A DNA stretch of 64,000 nucleotides from Chiloscyllium plagiosum (lineage: Eukaryota). The notes under the pieces are model-generated. The model searched no databases and was not told the origin of the DNA. It saw only the letters and a list, made by a program, of their open reading frames with translations. Shown piece after piece: positions 61,836 through 64,000 of the stretch. The stretch lies in the NCBI RefSeq assembly GCF_004010195.1, contig NC_057749.1, forward strand, positions 7,089,416 to 7,153,415, given 5' to 3'. Numbering within the stretch: position 1 is the first letter of the stretch; every line of letters starts with the position of its first letter. The position numbers were made by a program, and so were the translations under genes.

Positions 61836-63029
61836 TCACACTGAGTGAAGGGATTGGATACTTGTGAAAAAAGTGGCAGCAAATTTGTGCAGAGCAAGCT
61901 CTCCTAAACAGCAATGATAGTCCATTTTATTGATTTGGTTGATAGATAAATATTGACAGGGAGATAAATATAAAATCACACATTATTTTATTGATCTCAA
62001 GAACAAGTGGAGTGTTTCACTGTTTTCTGCTCCGTTAGAATGATGTTCTTGGCTCCACTGTGTATAGGGTGGGCTGACATCCTGTGCTTTTTCTTTCAAA
62101 AAGGTGCTGTGGCGTCTTTGTGTTCACTCAAGAGGTGAGAACTAAGAACACAGCGAAACCACTGATCCCCTCGAACCATTCAATGAGATCTTGGATGATC
62201 TGTGACCTGATTCTGAATATCTGCCTTCACCCCATATCCCTGAAAAGCTCTGGTTATCAAAAATCTATTAATCTCTCATTTAACATTAACAATTGATTGA
62301 CTACCGGCAGTGGTCGTTGGGGAAGGGAGTTTCAAATTGCAGCCAACCCTTCTGTACAGACATATTTCCTAACTTTCCTCCAATTTTAAGGCTATGACTG
62401 TCTTCTTAATGATAATGGTCCAGTAATCAATTGCTCGTCAGGGACTGATTAACTCAATGAGCTCATTTCCTTAAAACAGTAAAACACATGATAAGTTATG
62501 AAGCAGACACAATAACCAACCATAGCTTGCAGAAGCACAACAGACTGACTGTCAGGCAGACTCTCAACATTGAATACACACAGCATTCAAGGTGAACTCT
62601 CTTAAAGGCAAGGTACACGTATGTCCCCTTGTCGAAACCCTAACCGAGCAGTTAGAGTAATCTCTATCTGTCTTCTTTACCCCTTTTACTGGAGTGGAGC
62701 TGTGGTTTAATGTCTCACTTGAAATATTTCACTTTTCACAGTGAGGCACTCACTCAGTTCTGTGCTGGAGTTCAGTTCAGACTCTGGGTTCAAACCTCTA
62801 TGCGAGGTAAAAGTACTGCCCTTGCATTTGGATAACCCTTATTCACATATGATAATAATTGCGAAGTTGATCAGTTCTGTCTCTGTACATCAGTAATAAA
62901 GGGCATCATTTAATGGCTTTCCTCAGGCCGTTTTTGGAAGCAGGAGCAATATGCAACATGCAGGAGGGTGCTGGAGGAGGGCACTGGCTCCTTCCTGCCT
63001 CTATCCCAAATTCTGGGGTGGGATCATTT

Positions 63030-63215
63030 CCTTGCCTGGCTCAAATTGAAGCCAACAGCATGGGAACCATTTCCATGCTGGCTAAGGTTATCATGAAGGA
63101 TTCTACTTTTCAATCTCTGCCCTGCGTGGTGACTGTCAGGTTACACAACCACCAGTTGACTGCCTTGAATGAAACAGCAGCCCTATGGTCTGGTAAGACT
63201 ATTGTCACTTTACCT
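63030..63215 (+). mobile_element. SINE family 4
   Basis: gccaacagcatggg...cagccctatggtctggtaagactat. Confidence 0.7.
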
Positions 63216-63349
63216 TCACAATGTGCAACTGATCAATCATGCACTTGAGCAAAATTTTATGAAGACAAGGTGGAATCTTTCTGTCAGTGAAATATCCAAA
63301 TTTGGCCTCAGGCTGGAAGTGGCTGTCAATTGCAGTCCAGGCCAGGTTG

Positions 63350-63748
63350 ACTCAGAGTCACAGAGGCATAGAGATGTACAGCATAGAAACAGACCCTTCA
63401 GTCCAACTCATCCATGCCGACCAGATATCCTAAATTAATCCAGTCCCATTTGTCAGCATTTGGCCCCTATCCCTCTAAACCATTCCGATTCATGTACCCA
63501 TCCAGATGCCTTCTAAATGCTGTAATTGTACCAGCCTCCACCACTTCCTCTGGCAGCTCATTCCACACATGCACCATCCTCTGCCTGAAAAGATTGCCCC
63601 TTAGGTCCCTTTTATATTATTCCCCTCTCACCCTAAGCCTATGCGCTCCAGCTCTGGACTCTCCCAACCCAAGGTAAAGACCTTGCCTATTTACATGCCC
63701 GTCATGATTTTATAAACTTGTTTAAGGTCACCCCTCAGCCTCCGATGA
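63350..63748 (-). mobile_element. HER1/CR1 3' fragment
   Basis: ccagcctccaccacttcctctggcagctcattcca. Confidence 0.9.
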
Positions 63749-64000
63749 CTTCTCTTACACCATTACCTACTTCTCAGCTCATTACATTGAAAACCACGAG
63801 TAGCTTGGCAAATCTTGTGGAGAAGGCAAGTAAGGTTTTTATGGGCTCCATTGTACATTTGCAAAGTCAAAGGCCCTGGTGCCATACTTTAAGGGTAACT
63901 CATCTGGCAGTCATTCCCTGGCATGGCAGGACCATCATTCAGTCTTGCAAAAGATGCCTACAGACAATCTGGCCCTTCCAACCGAGCTCTGGTCAGTCTG

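Overview
Eukaryotic, repeat-dense, essentially non-coding vertebrate DNA. It is almost certainly from a shark (elasmobranch), judging by abundant HE1-type V-SINEs, HER1/CR1 LINE fragments and Deu-domain (SacSINE1-like) SINEs. Nearly all ORFs in the supplied track come from retroelements or tandem repeats, and I recognise no host protein-coding gene. Contents: many decayed CR1 LINE pieces (one ~2 kb RT-bearing copy), at least five SINE families, Rex/Babar and L2 tails, solo LTRs, two Tigger/pogo-like MITEs, three minisatellites, microsatellite blocks and a 351-N gap. The most striking structure is ~20 short Penelope-like (PLE) insertions from four sequence families. About two-thirds retain a recognisable minimal hammerhead-ribozyme core (CUGANGA-stem II-GAAA-palindromic stem III-NUH), several sit as head-to-head inverted pairs, and several have target-site duplications. 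One copy is still attached to a PLE GIY-YIG-type C-terminus. Also seen: clusters of RFX X-boxes, a few candidate minus-strand micro-exons, and an orphan 78-aa ORF with PP1-docking-like and CaaX-like motifs. Repeat boundaries were read by eye and are approximate unless a TSD is quoted; family names come from recognition, not database searches.
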